A DNA stretch of 64,000 nt from an uncultured Chloroflexia bacterium. Lineage in GTDB: Bacteria > Chloroflexota > Anaerolineae > CG2-30-64-16. The translations under genes and the position numbers were made by a program. Positions within the stretch are counted from its first letter, which is position 1; the number at the start of each line of letters is the position of its first letter. The notes below the pieces were generated by a model. It was given only the letters and a program-made list of their open reading frames with translations. It had not been told where the DNA came from and ran no database searches. This document shows positions 51,575 to 62,812 of this stretch, piece by piece. The DNA lies in NCBI GenBank assembly GCA_963810095.1, contig CAWEMM010000009.1:64001-128000 (forward strand), read 5' to 3'.

Positions 51575-52620
51575 AAACATACTCCATCAGGGTGGCACGG
51601 GTCCGGTTCGGGCGACGCGTCCGCGAACTCCACCGCGTTCACGATGACCTGCTCGGCCTCCGCGTCGATCTTCTGCGCGCTGTCTTCGTCCAGGATTTCC
51701 GCCTGCAGCAGGTGCTTGGTGAAGCGCATGATGGGGTCGCGGTTCAGCTTCCAGTCCTCGATCTCATCCTTGGCGCGGTACAGGTTCCGGTCGCTTTTCG
51801 AGTGGCCGAAGTAGCGGTAGGTGATGGTTTCGACGAAATAGGGCCCGTTACCCGAGCGGACATGGTCGGCGGCTTTCTTCATCGCCCCGTATACCTCGAG
51901 CACGTCGTTGCCGTCCACGCATGCCCACGGGATGCCGTACGCATCGGCTCGCTGCGCGATGGGCAGCTTCGCGCTCGCCCGGGCCACATCCATGGACATG
52001 CCATACTTGTTGTTCTCACAAACGTAGAGCACCGGCAGGTTCCACAGCGCCACCATGTTCATCGCTTCGTGGAACACACCTTCATTCGAGGCGCCGTCGC
52101 CGAAGATGCAGATGCAAATCGCGTCCCGCTTCAGCATCTGGAGCGCCAGCCCGACGCCGACGGCCTGCGGGATGCCGCCGCCGACGATGCCGTTGGCGCC
52201 GAGGTTGTTGGATTGAAAATCGGCAATGTGCATGGAGCCGCCGCGGCCGTGGTTGTAGCCGGTCTCCTTGCCCAGGAACTCGGCCATCATCAGGTTGATG
52301 TCGGCGCCCTTGGCAATGAAATGGCCGTGCCCGCGGTGGTGGTTGATCAGGTAATCGTCGGGGCGCACGGCGAGCGCAATGCCCGCTGCCACCGCCTCTT
52401 GCCCGGCCGACAGGTGCATCGTTCCGTGTACCTTGCCCGCCGCATACAGCTTGTCGGCCATGTATTCAAAGTGGCGGATGGTGCACATCGTGCGGTAGAG
52501 CCCGACGAGGCGTTCGTCGGCCAACTCCAGTTCGGCCGCGCGCTCTTCGAAATGCTCGCGTGATCCCGATATCACGCCAGGGCCGGCTGCCTCCAGGTTC
52601 TGCAGCGCATCTACGATCAT
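51567..52620 (-). CDS. Acetoin/pyruvate dehydrogenase-type E1 alpha subunit (C-terminal frameshift near 51598)
   Basis: [45 protein letters not shown]. Confidence 0.92.
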
Positions 52621-52632
52621 AGCTCGCCTCAC

Positions 52633-53610
52633 TCAGGTGGATTCTGCCAGTTGAAGAACTTTCTTGGCGGCGTTGCTGTCAATCACCAGCACGTTGACAT
52701 ACTTGCCGCGCAGAGCGCCCAGAATGGCGTCTGCCTTTCCTTCACCGCCTGCCACGCCCAGGCGCACCGGCACGGCCAACAGGTCCGCCCGGCGAATTGA
52801 AACCAACCGATCGGAAAAATCGGTGCAGGCCGGCTGGCCATAGATGTCGAAGTGCAAGCCGCACACGTCGCCGACCGATCCGGACTGTCGCATGTCGTCG
52901 AGCTCGAGTCGGGTAATATAGCCGGCCAGGTAAAAGCTGGAGAACTCGGAGAAGGTCGTGCCAATCCCCAGCAGGGCAATATCGCTTCGCTTGCCGACGC
53001 CAATCGTGTCACGGATTCCCACTGAATTGAGGAGCGACTCGGCAATTTCGGCGGTGTCGCACAGATAAGGTGCGTTGAGGTAGTAGGCCTCGCCCCCCAA
53101 TTTCTCGGTCATGCGCGAGACCAGGTCATGCCCATCGTATTCCATGATCCGGGCGCCCATTGCGCCCACCAACTGCACCACGCTCACCGGGATGGGCTCG
53201 ACCGGTTCGAACGCGTCCACGCTCGCGCTGATCGTCGTGCCCCATGCCAACCCCAAGACCTTGTTGGGCCCCAGGTGGCGCTCGAGCACCTTCGCCCCTG
53301 CGCTGCCCAATGCACGGATTAGCCCTTCACCGCGGCCGTGCCGGGTGGTAATGACGAGCGCGTCCGTGAGCCCGAAGCGCTCCTTGAGCGCGTTGGCAAG
53401 CTCCGGCTCCGACTGCAGCGGGCGGTGAATGCGGATTTCGACGATTCCGCTCTCGCGCGCTTCGGTAAGCATGCGGGAGATCATGGAGCGGGTGACGCCA
53501 ACCGTCTCGGCGATCTCGGATTGGATTCTGCCCTCGAGATAGTACATCTCCGCTACGTCTGCGAGGAGACTTGCGTAATGACGGGCCATCTTCTTGTCCG
53601 TTCTGGTCAT
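52633..53610 (-). CDS. SorC/DeoR (LsrR-like) sugar-phosphate-binding regulator
   Basis: YYLEG..QSEIA..GVTRSMISRML, LAWGTT, ALLGIG, VGDVCG, ILGALRG. Confidence 0.9.
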   Translation of the reverse strand: MTRTDKKMARHYASLLADVAEMYYLEGRIQSEIAETVGVTRSMISRMLTEARESGIVEIRIHRPLQSEPELANALKERFGLTDALVITTRHGRGEGLIRALGSAGAKVLERHLGPNKVLGLAWGTTISASVDAFEPVEPIPVSVVQLVGAMGARIMEYDGHDLVSRMTEKLGGEAYYLNAPYLCDTAEIAESLLNSVGIRDTIGVGKRSDIALLGIGTTFSEFSSFYLAGYITRLELDDMRQSGSVGDVCGLHFDIYGQPACTDFSDRLVSIRRADLLAVPVRLGVAGGEGKADAILGALRGKYVNVLVIDSNAAKKVLQLAEST

Positions 53611-54758
53611 CGGGTATACGTTCCGAGTTCGTGTCCGCACTCGAAGAACGCCAGCATGTTTTCGAGTGGAATGTCGTTGCCGAAATTGTGGGCGGGGGCC
53701 AGAATGTAGCCGCCGTCCGCACCCATTTGGTCGATGCGCAGGCTCACTTCGCGGCGCACGTCCTCGACCGAGCCGTTGTTGAGCACGGTTTTCACGTCGA
53801 CGCCACCCTGAAAAGTGAGATCGCGGCCGAAGTCCCGCTTGAGCTCGACCGGGTTCATCCCCGGCAGGTGGCCCTCGATCGGGTTCAGGATTTCGAAGCC
53901 AGTATCGATCAGGTCGGGTATGAACTTGCGGATCGCGCCGTCGTTGTGCATTAGCACCTTGGCCTGGGGCGCCTTCCGCTTGATCAACTCGATGGTCTTC
54001 CGGTACCGCGGCTTGAAGAACCGGGTGTAAATCTTTGGGTTGAACATCGGGCCGACGTTGGTGCCGTAGTCGTCCGCGATCTCGACAACGTGCACGTAGG
54101 GGCCTACCACGCTGAGGAACGCATCGTAGAACCCGTCCAGCACTTCCGCCAGCTTGCCCAGGAGATAATCGAAGACGTGGGTGTCGGTAATCGTCAGGAG
54201 CAGCGCGTTCTCCATCCCAACCAGCGCACGCGTCATCTCCCACAGATTCCCGTACACGGGCCGGTGTGCGACAATGGCATAGTCGGTTTGATGATACAGA
54301 AACTCGATTTCTTCGCGGACCCCCGCCAGGCGGGCCGGGTCGTACGGATCCGGCCATTTATACTTCTCGATCCCTGAGGTCGTCAAATCCGCAGCCAGTG
54401 GCGCGCCGTGCAGGTCATAGTACCCTGACACAAGCCGGTGACAGATGCCCCATTCGTCCACGAATTCCCTGAACTCCCCGCTCAAAGCGTTGGCGACGTA
54501 GCTGTCGGGGGGGCGGATGTGGATGAACCGGAAGTCGGTGCCGAGCCTGTCGAGGATGGGGTTGTAGTCGGGCGTCGTGTAATAGCCGACCAGGGTCCGC
54601 CGCGGCACATCCTGCACGCTAAAATGATCGCGCAGCAACGCGTAGCGCTGCTCGGTCAGGTGGTTAGCCGACCCGCCCAGCGTGATCGGAACCCGGTCGG
54701 GTTCCTTGTGGTTCAGCGCGGTGATGACCCGTTCGCGCGGGGTCATGGTGACTGGCAT
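53607..54758 (-). CDS. URO-D/MtaA-fold protein
   Basis: MTPRERV..EPDRVP, ADDYG, MHNDG, LNPIE, GGYILAPAHNF. Confidence 0.9.
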   Translation of the reverse strand: MPVTMTPRERVITALNHKEPDRVPITLGGSANHLTEQRYALLRDHFSVQDVPRRTLVGYYTTPDYNPILDRLGTDFRFIHIRPPDSYVANALSGEFREFVDEWGICHRLVSGYYDLHGAPLAADLTTSGIEKYKWPDPYDPARLAGVREEIEFLYHQTDYAIVAHRPVYGNLWEMTRALVGMENALLLTITDTHVFDYLLGKLAEVLDGFYDAFLSVVGPYVHVVEIADDYGTNVGPMFNPKIYTRFFKPRYRKTIELIKRKAPQAKVLMHNDGAIRKFIPDLIDTGFEILNPIEGHLPGMNPVELKRDFGRDLTFQGGVDVKTVLNNGSVEDVRREVSLRIDQMGADGGYILAPAHNFGNDIPLENMLAFFECGHELGTYTR

Positions 54759-54777
54759 CGTGGTGCTCCTAAGGTAC

Positions 54778-54869
54778 GGCTGCAACGAATTGAACGAATA
54801 TCCACGAACTCATTCGAAGACGGATCCCAATTCGTCCAATTTGTCGAATTCGTGAAATTCGTGGCAGCC
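54778..54869. repeat. AT-rich intergenic palindrome built of ACGAAT/ATTCGT units
   Basis: GGCTGCAACGAATTGAACGAATATCCACGAA ... TTCGTCCAATTTGTCGAATTCGTGAAATTCGTGGCAGCC. Confidence 0.65.
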
Positions 54870-54878
54870 GTAGATCGT

Positions 54879-56421
54879 TTATCCTGCCTGGATAGCCGCC
54901 AAGCGATCATAAGCGCCGCTCGCGGCCAGCCCTTCGTAGGCGCAGACGAACGCGCGATACATCTCTTCGTAGACCGCGTGGTGCTTCATGTTGGGCTCCA
55001 CGCGTGCCTTCACCTTCACCATTTGATCGACCGCCTCGGGCACGCTCTTGAATAGCCCCGCGCCGACGCCCGCCAGAATGGCAGCACCCAGGACAGCGGT
55101 CTCGCTCGTCACCAGCGTCTCGACGGGCCGGCCATAGACGTCCGCCTGAATCTGGTTCCAGAGCGTCGACTTCGTCGCTCCGCCGCCAAGACGCAGCGCG
55201 CTGATCTCCACGCCGGCCTTGAACCAACCCTCCAGCATGTCGCGCACCTCGAGCGCTACGCCTTCCATGATCGCCCGGGTCATCTCGGCGCGGCCGTGGG
55301 TGAACGCCATGCCGATGAAGGCCGCCCGGGCATTGGGGTTCCAACGGGGGGTGGCCGCGCTGCCCAGGTAAGGCATGAACAGCAGCCCCTTGCTCCCGGG
55401 CTCTGCGGCCGAGGCGAGTTCGTTGAGCGCGTCGTACGCGCTGCGCCCGCCCGCGCCTTCCCCGTTTTTCTCGGCCGTCCCGACGACGTCCCGGAACCAG
55501 CGGTACGCGCCCGCGGCCGCGTTCGACAGGGCTTCCATCTCCCACATGCCGGGTGCCGCATGGTTCGTCACCATCATGCCGCCGAAGCCGGGGATACGCC
55601 GGTCGAGCGACACCATGACCAGGCCGCCGGTGCCCAGCGACGCGGTTGCGATGCCGCTCCGGGCCGCGCCCATCCCCACCGCGGCGCAGTTCTGGTCGCC
55701 CGCACCTACGCAGATGGCGGTGCCCCACCGCGAAGCCGGTCTTCTCGGCCACGCTCTTGCTGATTTCGCCCACCTGCGTCCCGCAGGCGACCGGCGTCCC
55801 GAACAGCTCAGGGGCGACGTCGAACAGGTTGCAGAGCTCCGTGCTCCACGCCAGATTGCCCACGTCCCAGACGCCATAGAACGCCATGTCGCCCATATCG
55901 GTGTAGAAACCGTCGGCGCCAAAGGCATGGAGCGTGGCGTCCTGCAGCTGGACAAACTTGTGCGTCTTCTTGTAAAGTTCCGGCTCGTTCTTGCGCATCC
56001 AGAGCATCTTCGTGATGTTCCAGGTCGTGCCCAATGGCATGCCGGAGATCTGGTAATACGCCTCGGGGTCGATCAACCGGGCCATGTCGGCCACTTCGGC
56101 GCCGGTCCGTGAGTCCTGCCAGGAGAGGGCGAGTCGAACCTTGCGGCCGTCTTCGTAGACCGGCACGGTGACCGAGCGCTGCGTGGAAAAGCCGACCGCC
56201 ACAACCTGCTCGGGCCGGAGGCCTGACCTGGCGATCGTCGCGCGGCACACGTCCATCGCGACCGCAATCATCTCGTCCGCGTCTTGCTCGACCCAGCCGG
56301 GCTTGAGATAGATCGCGCCATATTCGCAGTATTCACTGGCGACGATGGCGCCGTTCAGATCCAGCAATGCACAGCGTGCGCCCGTGGTCCCGACGTCAAC
56401 GCTCGCAATGTATTGGCTCAT
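54879..56421 (-). CDS. FGGY carbohydrate kinase, xylulokinase/LsrK-like (frameshift near 55725)
   Basis: DVGTTG, GWVEQD, WQDSR, GAGDQ, SLGTG, EGVA, GGGATKS..WNQIQADV. Confidence 0.9.
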
Positions 56422-56451
56422 GCTCAGTCTCCTTGGCGAGTGAAAGCAGCT

Positions 56452-57471
56452 TCATCCGGCCCGCGGTGCGACGCTCGACGCACGCGAGAAACGGGCCACT
56501 TTCCAGCGGGTGCGCATGTAGGGAACGGCGAACGTAATCAGGACTGCGACGAGCAGGACAATCCCCGTCGCCACCTGCTGGTAGAACGCGTTGACGCCCA
56601 TCATGTTCATGCCGTTCGTCAGCAGGGCCAGGATGATCGTGCCGAGCAACATCCCCGTGATCGTGCCATCGCCCCCTTTGATGCTTACCCCACCCAGGAT
56701 ACAGCCCGCGATCACGGCAAACTCCATGCCGGTGCCGATGTTCGGATCGCCCGAGCCGATACGAGACACCTGCCAGACGCCCGAGAACGCGGCCATCGCG
56801 CCGGTGAGGAAGTAGAAGATCAGGCGCATGCGTGGGACGCTGATACCTGAAAGCCGGGCCGCATTTTCGTTGCCGCCCAGCGAGATCGCATACTTGCCGA
56901 GCACGGTCCGCTTTTCAAGGAACAGGAACGCGCCGACGACTGCGATCATGATAAACAGCGCCAGCGGGACGGTCTTGTTGAAGAACATGGTACTGTTGAT
57001 CTCGAAGATCGGCTTCATGCCGGGTGCGCGGACGGGGATCGAACTACACAAGATGAACGCGAGCCCGCTGCAGATGATCCAGGTCGCCATGGTCGCCATG
57101 ATGGCGGGCAGCTTCAGCGCCGCGACGATAAAGGTGTTGATGGCGCCGAGGACCAGGCCCAGGACGATGACCATGAGCAGCGCGATCCAGACGTTTACGC
57201 CGCCGCGCACGAAAATCGCGAAGGACACCGCGCTGAGTGCCATCATGCCGCCGACCGACAGATCGATGGCGCCGCTGTTAATCACGAACGTCATCGCGCA
57301 CCCCATCAACACCACCGGCAAGATCTGCCGGGCCACGTTGACGAAGTTGCGGACGGCGAAGAAGCGCGGGTTCATCCAGGAGAAAAAGACGACCAACAGG
57401 ATCAGTATTGTCAGCAGGATCAGGTTGTTGATCGTCCTGCGGTTGAGGCGGATTGAACCGGATGCTTTCAT
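56452..57471 (-). CDS. Sugar ABC permease
   Basis: GAIDLSVG, GGNENAARLSGI, EFAVIAGCILGG. Confidence 0.92.
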   Translation of the reverse strand: MKASGSIRLNRRTINNLILLTILILLVVFFSWMNPRFFAVRNFVNVARQILPVVLMGCAMTFVINSGAIDLSVGGMMALSAVSFAIFVRGGVNVWIALLMVIVLGLVLGAINTFIVAALKLPAIMATMATWIICSGLAFILCSSIPVRAPGMKPIFEINSTMFFNKTVPLALFIMIAVVGAFLFLEKRTVLGKYAISLGGNENAARLSGISVPRMRLIFYFLTGAMAAFSGVWQVSRIGSGDPNIGTGMEFAVIAGCILGGVSIKGGDGTITGMLLGTIILALLTNGMNMMGVNAFYQQVATGIVLLVAVLITFAVPYMRTRWKVARFSRASSVAPRAG

Positions 57472-57501
57472 GTCGCTGCCTCGTGAAAGTTGAATCGCCG
57501 T

Positions 57502-58494
57502 TCAGGCGGCCTTGAAGGCCCGGCGGATCGCACTGTTGAAGACGATGGCCAGGATCAGCACCACGCCCTTGATCACGTACTGGTAATACAGCACCAGTCC
57601 CATCATGTTGAGCACGTTGGACAGCACGCCAACGATGAGCGCGCCGATCAACGTCCCGAAGACTGTGCCTCGCCCGCCGTTAATGTCGGTGCCGCCCAGG
57701 ACGGCCGCGATGACACAGTCCACCTCGAAGCCCGGCAGGATCTTGCAGTCGGCTTGGCCGAAGCGGGCCGTCATCACGACGCCGGCAAACGCGGCCACGA
57801 CGCCTGTCAGCGTGAAGATGCTGGTCACGACTTTGAAGATGCTGATGCCCGAGAGCTCGGCGGCCTTGATGTTCGCGCCGATCGTGTATGCCTTACGCGC
57901 CATCACCGTCCGGTTCTGAAACACGAGGAAGAAAGCGAAGATGATCAGCGCATAGACCAGCGGCAGCGGCAGCGGACCGAGGAAACCCTGCCCCATGTTG
58001 CCGAAGTTACCCGGCAGGCCCGCCGTGATCACCGCACCTTCGGCCAGGATGAACGCGATGCCACGGGCGATGTACATGGTCGCCATGGTGATGATAAAGG
58101 ACGGCAGGCGAAGTGCCGAGACGATCGCGCCGTTGGTAACCCCGATGAACGCGCCTGCCAGGATCGCGACGATGCCCGCGGGCACCAGACCCATGCCGTC
58201 GCGCACGAGCCAGGCGTACATCACGCCGGCCATGGCGCCCACGCCACCGACCGAAAGATCGAGATTCCCGGAGATGAGCACCATCGTCACGGCCGAGCCC
58301 ACCATGATCACGCTCGACACCTGCATTAGCACGTTAGAGAAGTTCTGTAGGCTGAGGAACTTGGGCTCGACGAGCGCGACGATCACGCACATGAGCAGAA
58401 AGATCGCCAGGACCGCGAGGTTTTGAAATGCGTCCGCGCTCAGCTTGAAAATCGCGTTCCGCCCGCGAGCGGTGCTGTCAGTCAACGTGCTCAT
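57502..58494 (-). CDS. Sugar ABC permease
   Basis: GNLDLSVG, GANIKAAELSGI, VIAAVLGGTDINGGRG. Confidence 0.92.
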   Translation of the reverse strand: MSTLTDSTARGRNAIFKLSADAFQNLAVLAIFLLMCVIVALVEPKFLSLQNFSNVLMQVSSVIMVGSAVTMVLISGNLDLSVGGVGAMAGVMYAWLVRDGMGLVPAGIVAILAGAFIGVTNGAIVSALRLPSFIITMATMYIARGIAFILAEGAVITAGLPGNFGNMGQGFLGPLPLPLVYALIIFAFFLVFQNRTVMARKAYTIGANIKAAELSGISIFKVVTSIFTLTGVVAAFAGVVMTARFGQADCKILPGFEVDCVIAAVLGGTDINGGRGTVFGTLIGALIVGVLSNVLNMMGLVLYYQYVIKGVVLILAIVFNSAIRRAFKAA

Positions 58495-59984
58495 AGATTC
58501 CGCCTCCGGTGACGATGTGAAGCACGTCCTGCGAGTTCACATGGCCGTCGTTCTCGATCATGGCTTTCAGAGCCCCGTCATACAGCAGGCCGATCCTGTC
58601 GCACAGGCCAAGGACCTCCGGCAGCTCGCTGGAGAACACGATCACCGAGTTCCCCTGCCGTGCGAGCTGGCGAATGATGGCAAAGATCTCCTGTTTGGCC
58701 CCGACGTCGACGCCGCGTGTCGGCTCGTCGAGGAGGAGGACCCCCGCCTCCGAGTTCAGACATTTAGCCAGCACCACCTTCTGCTGGTTGCCGCCGCTCA
58801 GAAACGCCGTGACCTGGTTCTCGCCCAGGCAGGCGATCGATAGCTTCTTAATGAAGTCCCGCGTCAGCGCGCCCTGCCTGGCGGCGCTCACGAAACCCCG
58901 GGCCGAGATGGGCCGGTAGTTCATCATCGGCACATTGGCCGAAATTGGCAGGGTCGTGCACAGGCCCTGCGTCCGCCGTTCTTCCGGCACCAGCGCGACG
59001 CCGTTGCGAATCGCCATGCCGGGGCTATTGATCATCTTGGGGTTTTGAAAGACGCGGATGGTGCCTTCGGCACGGTCCGCACCGAAGAGCGCCCGGGCGA
59101 TCTCAGTCTTGCCCGCGCCAATGAGGCCGTAGAGGCCGAGGATTTCGCCCTTGTACAGCGTGAATGAAACGTCCCGGAGCTTATTGTTGGTGAGGCCGAC
59201 AACCTCTACCACCGGCTGACTGCGATCGACGTCGCCGGGCACGTAATCTTCCATGATGACCTTGCCGATCATCATCTTGATCAGCTCTTTGCGCGATGCG
59301 ATTTCGCTGCGGGGCTTGGTGCCCGACCATCTTGCCGTCGCGCAGCACAGTGACATAATCTCCAATCTCGAAGATTTCGTCGAGACGATGGGAGATATAA
59401 ATGACGGTGACCCCTTGCTGCTTCAGGTCGGCAATGATCTCGAACAGGCGGCGCACTTCCTCAGACGACAGGGCCGCAGTCGGCTCATCCATGATAATGA
59501 CGTCCGAGTCCATGGCGAGCGCCTTGGCGATCTCGACCACCTGGCGCTTGGCGACGCTCAGGTCCTCGATGTAGCTTTTCGGGTCGATGGTGCTGTCGAT
59601 CCGGCTGAGGATCTGAAAAACTTTCGAGTCGCGCCGGATTGGCTTGAGTACGCCCAAACGGGTCTCCTCAATGCCGAGGCAAATGTTTTCTTCAACCCGC
59701 AGTTGCTCGACGACGTTCAGTTCCTGGAACAGGCAGCCGATGCCCGCCCGCATCGCGTCGCGGGTGGAAGCCGGGCTGAAGTCCTTGCCGTTGTAGATCA
59801 CCGAACCCGACGACTTCTGGTGCGCGCCCGTCAGGATCTTGATCAGTGTCGATTTTCCGGCGCCGTTTTCGCCAATCAGGCAGTGACAGGTGCCTCTCTT
59901 GATCTCGAAGCTCACATCGTCCAGCGCCTTGACGCCGGCGAAGTGCTTGGAGATATTGCGGATTTCGAAGACGTTCTCGTCCAA
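58478..59984 (-). CDS. Sugar ABC ATP-binding protein (frameshift near 59325)
   Basis: GENGAGKST, MDEPT, LSGGNQQKV, DEPTRGVDVG; TTG start inferred. Confidence 0.9.
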
Positions 59985-60028
59985 AGTAAGTACCCTCGCT
60001 CTATAGGGTGAGCCAAACGTCGCAATCC

Positions 60029-60075
60029 GGTGTGGAAAGCCGCAGCGCGAGAGGAAAGCTGCGGCTTTCCACACC
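60029..60075. terminator. Long intercistronic hairpin downstream of the binding-protein gene
   Basis: GGTGTGGAAAGCCGCAGC/GCTGCGGCTTTCCACACC 18-bp perfect stem. Confidence 0.65.
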
Positions 60076-60115
60076 CTGGCCTGAGGGCGATCGCCCCCAG
60101 GCCTTCGGCCAGGCA

Positions 60116-61303
60116 CTAGCCTTGCTTCTTCTTGGCCAGTTCCTTGGCGAGGTCGATGCTGCCGAAGTACTGGGTGTTGAACCAGTCCTGCATCTGCTGC
60201 ATCGTGTCCTTGTAATAGTTGAAATACACGTCCTGCGAGATGACTTCGCTGTACTTGTCCGGGTCGATCTTGCCGTTGATGACGTCCATCATGGTGTCGA
60301 TCTGGGCGTAGGCGAAGGTCTGCGGCTGCATGCCCATGGTGTACTTGAGCGACGAAGTGGGGTCGACCAGCTTGATCAGCTCGGGCGCATCGCCGTCGGT
60401 GCCGGCGAAGATTTCGGTCAACGGCACGCCGTCCTTAGCCTTACCGCGGCCGGCCGCTTCGTAGGCGGACAGGGCGCCGAGGGCGTTGGGGGTGTTGGTG
60501 CCGTAGATGATGTTCACTTCGGGGTACTTCTGCAGCACGTCCTGGCCGATGGCCTGGGCCTTGGACAGGTCGCCCTCGGCGCCGAGCCAGAAGGTGGCGC
60601 CTTCAAGGGTTTCGCCCCGCTGTTCTTGATGTTGGTGACGAGGCCGGTCACGCTGGGATCAACTTCCTTGACGCCCTTGAGGAACGGGCCGGAGCGCTGA
60701 TCGAAGCAGTATGCGACCGAGAGGAAGTCGATGAACCCGACCTTGATCGGCTTGTCGGGGTACAGTTCCTTCCACTGCTTGGCCATATCGGTGCCCATCT
60801 GCTTGGCGATCCCTTCTTCCTTGACTTTGACCATCGGGATCTTCTCTTCGGTGGGCGCCATGAAGTAGGCCAGCACAGGGATGCCCGCCGCGCGAGCTTC
60901 CTTGACGACTTCGTTCACGCCAGATTCCTGCACGGGGTGCAAGATGATGCCGTCGACGCCCTTGGCGATGAAGTCCTCGACTGCCTTGATTTCCTTCTGG
61001 AGATCGCCGGCGGGATCGATGACTTCGTACTTCGCGCCGTACTTTTCCTTGGCGTACTTCTCGGCCCACTTCGCGTCATTGCCGTGCACGGCATGGCTCA
61101 GCGTGATCGGCACCTTGCCGATGTAGATCTGCTTTGCGGCGGCCGCGGGGCGGCGGTGGCAGCGGCTGCAGCCGGAGCCTTGGTGGGTCGGGCGCGGCAG
61201 CCGGGGCGGGCGCCTGCGTTGGGCTGCAGGCGACGAACAGTGTCGCAATGACGACGAGCGTCATCACGAGCACTACGACCTTGCTGGAGCTCTTCATGTT
61301 CAT
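60116..61303 (-). CDS. Sugar ABC substrate-binding lipoprotein (frameshifts near 61180 and 60620)
   Basis: AAGGAG RBS, lipobox FVAC, Ala/Pro linker, EDFIAKGVDGII, ARAAGIPV, NALGA, GTDG. Confidence 0.85.
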
Positions 61304-61436
61304 ACTCCTTGACTGGTTGAGATGAGCTTTGCCGTTGGAGCGATCGGAGAGCGTTCTCACTTACTCCTCCTAGCAAGTTGGTCCGCACCATGATCGTGGG
61401 CTGAGCTGACAGTCTCGCTTGGTGCCTCATGTCCGG

Positions 61437-62812
61437 TCATCGCTCCGCCAATCCCTGGCGGGCGGAACCAGACACCATCGCACCTTCTCGTGCTTGCCTA
61501 CTTACCTCCTTCCGATGCAAGGGGAGGGCAGCGCGGTCCAGACGGTCGAGCAGCCCCACTTTCTCTTTCGATAGGTAGAAGCCGGTCTGGTCGCCCACCT
61601 GAAGGTATTCGCTGCCGGCATCCCGCTCGAGCAGGCGCACTTCCGAGGTCTTGCCGTCGACATAGGTTGTCTTGAGCTTAAGCGTCTCGGTCCCGGTTTC
61701 GGTGCCGGGTCGAAGCCATCGGCGGCAAGGCCGATGTACTTGACAAAGAAGGACACGAAGTCCTCGTACCCCACAGGTCTTCCGTTGGCCGTAATCGCCG
61801 GCGGATTGGCCGTGTGGTCGAGTTCGAACGTCACGGACCGCTCGGCCCCCGTCAACTCGATGGCAGCCACCTTGTCGATCGTCGTTTGCAAGGGCTGGTA
61901 AAACACCAGGTCTGCGGGAGCGATGTGCGAGAAGTCGACATCGACGGCGAAGATCCCCGCTACGTCCTCCAGGCTGCCCGTTCGGACGAACTTAAGGCCA
62001 TCCGATTCCGCTCCGATTTCGATCCGCTGCCTCTGTCCTTTCGCGTCGACGACTTCCAGCGCCTGGTGCGGACTTTCCAGTCCCAGGCCCTTGTAGTCCA
62101 CTTGCGCAGCGGGAGGGTACATGATGGCCGACCACTTTCGCAGCCCAATCAGAAACTCGTTGATTTCGATTTCCCTGGCGGGCGACTGGTAAGGGTAGGT
62201 AAGCTGCCAGTCTTGCCCGGCGGGGCGCTGAGCCGTGACTTGTTTCTGGCCGTCCACGAAGTAGCTGAATTCCACGATGTTGTTTTTGTCCACCGCGAAA
62301 ATGTTCTTGTCCCGGTAGGCATCCAGGCTCCCGTCAAACTGGGTGACCGAGCCGAGATCGCTGACGAACACTTTGCCGCTATCCCTGTCCTGCAGGTAAA
62401 CCTGGGCCTTGCTGGCCGTCAGGTTGCCGATGCGCAGGGCCTTGTTGATGCCGCTGGTGGTCGTTATTTCGATGGTCGCTTGCGGATCGGCAAACCCGTA
62501 CTCAGGCGCAGCTTCCTGCAGTTGACGCTTAACGGGCAGCGCCAGCAGGAAATCCTCCATGATGCGAGCCTTTTGCTGGCTCGCCCGGTAGTGGCCCGGG
62601 TTGACGATAGTCCAGTTGCCGCCTTCGTTCCTTCCGAACGTCACGCTTCCAGCCTGGTTCGTGATCGCGATTTCCTGCAACCGGTCGCCGCTCGGGAAAG
62701 TGTAGAGGTAGCCCGTCGCCGCCGGATCGGTGTCCCGTGACAGGTAGAAGTACACTCCGCCCAGCACCGCGGCGACGAGCGCCAGTAAGGCCAGCTTGAT
62801 GCCGGTCCTCAC
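61437..62812 (-). CDS. DUF4340-domain membrane-anchored protein (frameshift near 61690; 3' end uncertain)
   Basis: GTGA overlap with the upstream gene; N-terminal TM; repeated W.(I/L)..P...(Y/L)G(F/L)..P...(L/I).IG modules. Confidence 0.7.

Noticed and set aside
30496-54758. Heme biosynthesis (hemE) cluster
   Set aside because: No other hem genes; the paralogues carry MtaA-type metal motifs and sit in sugar operons
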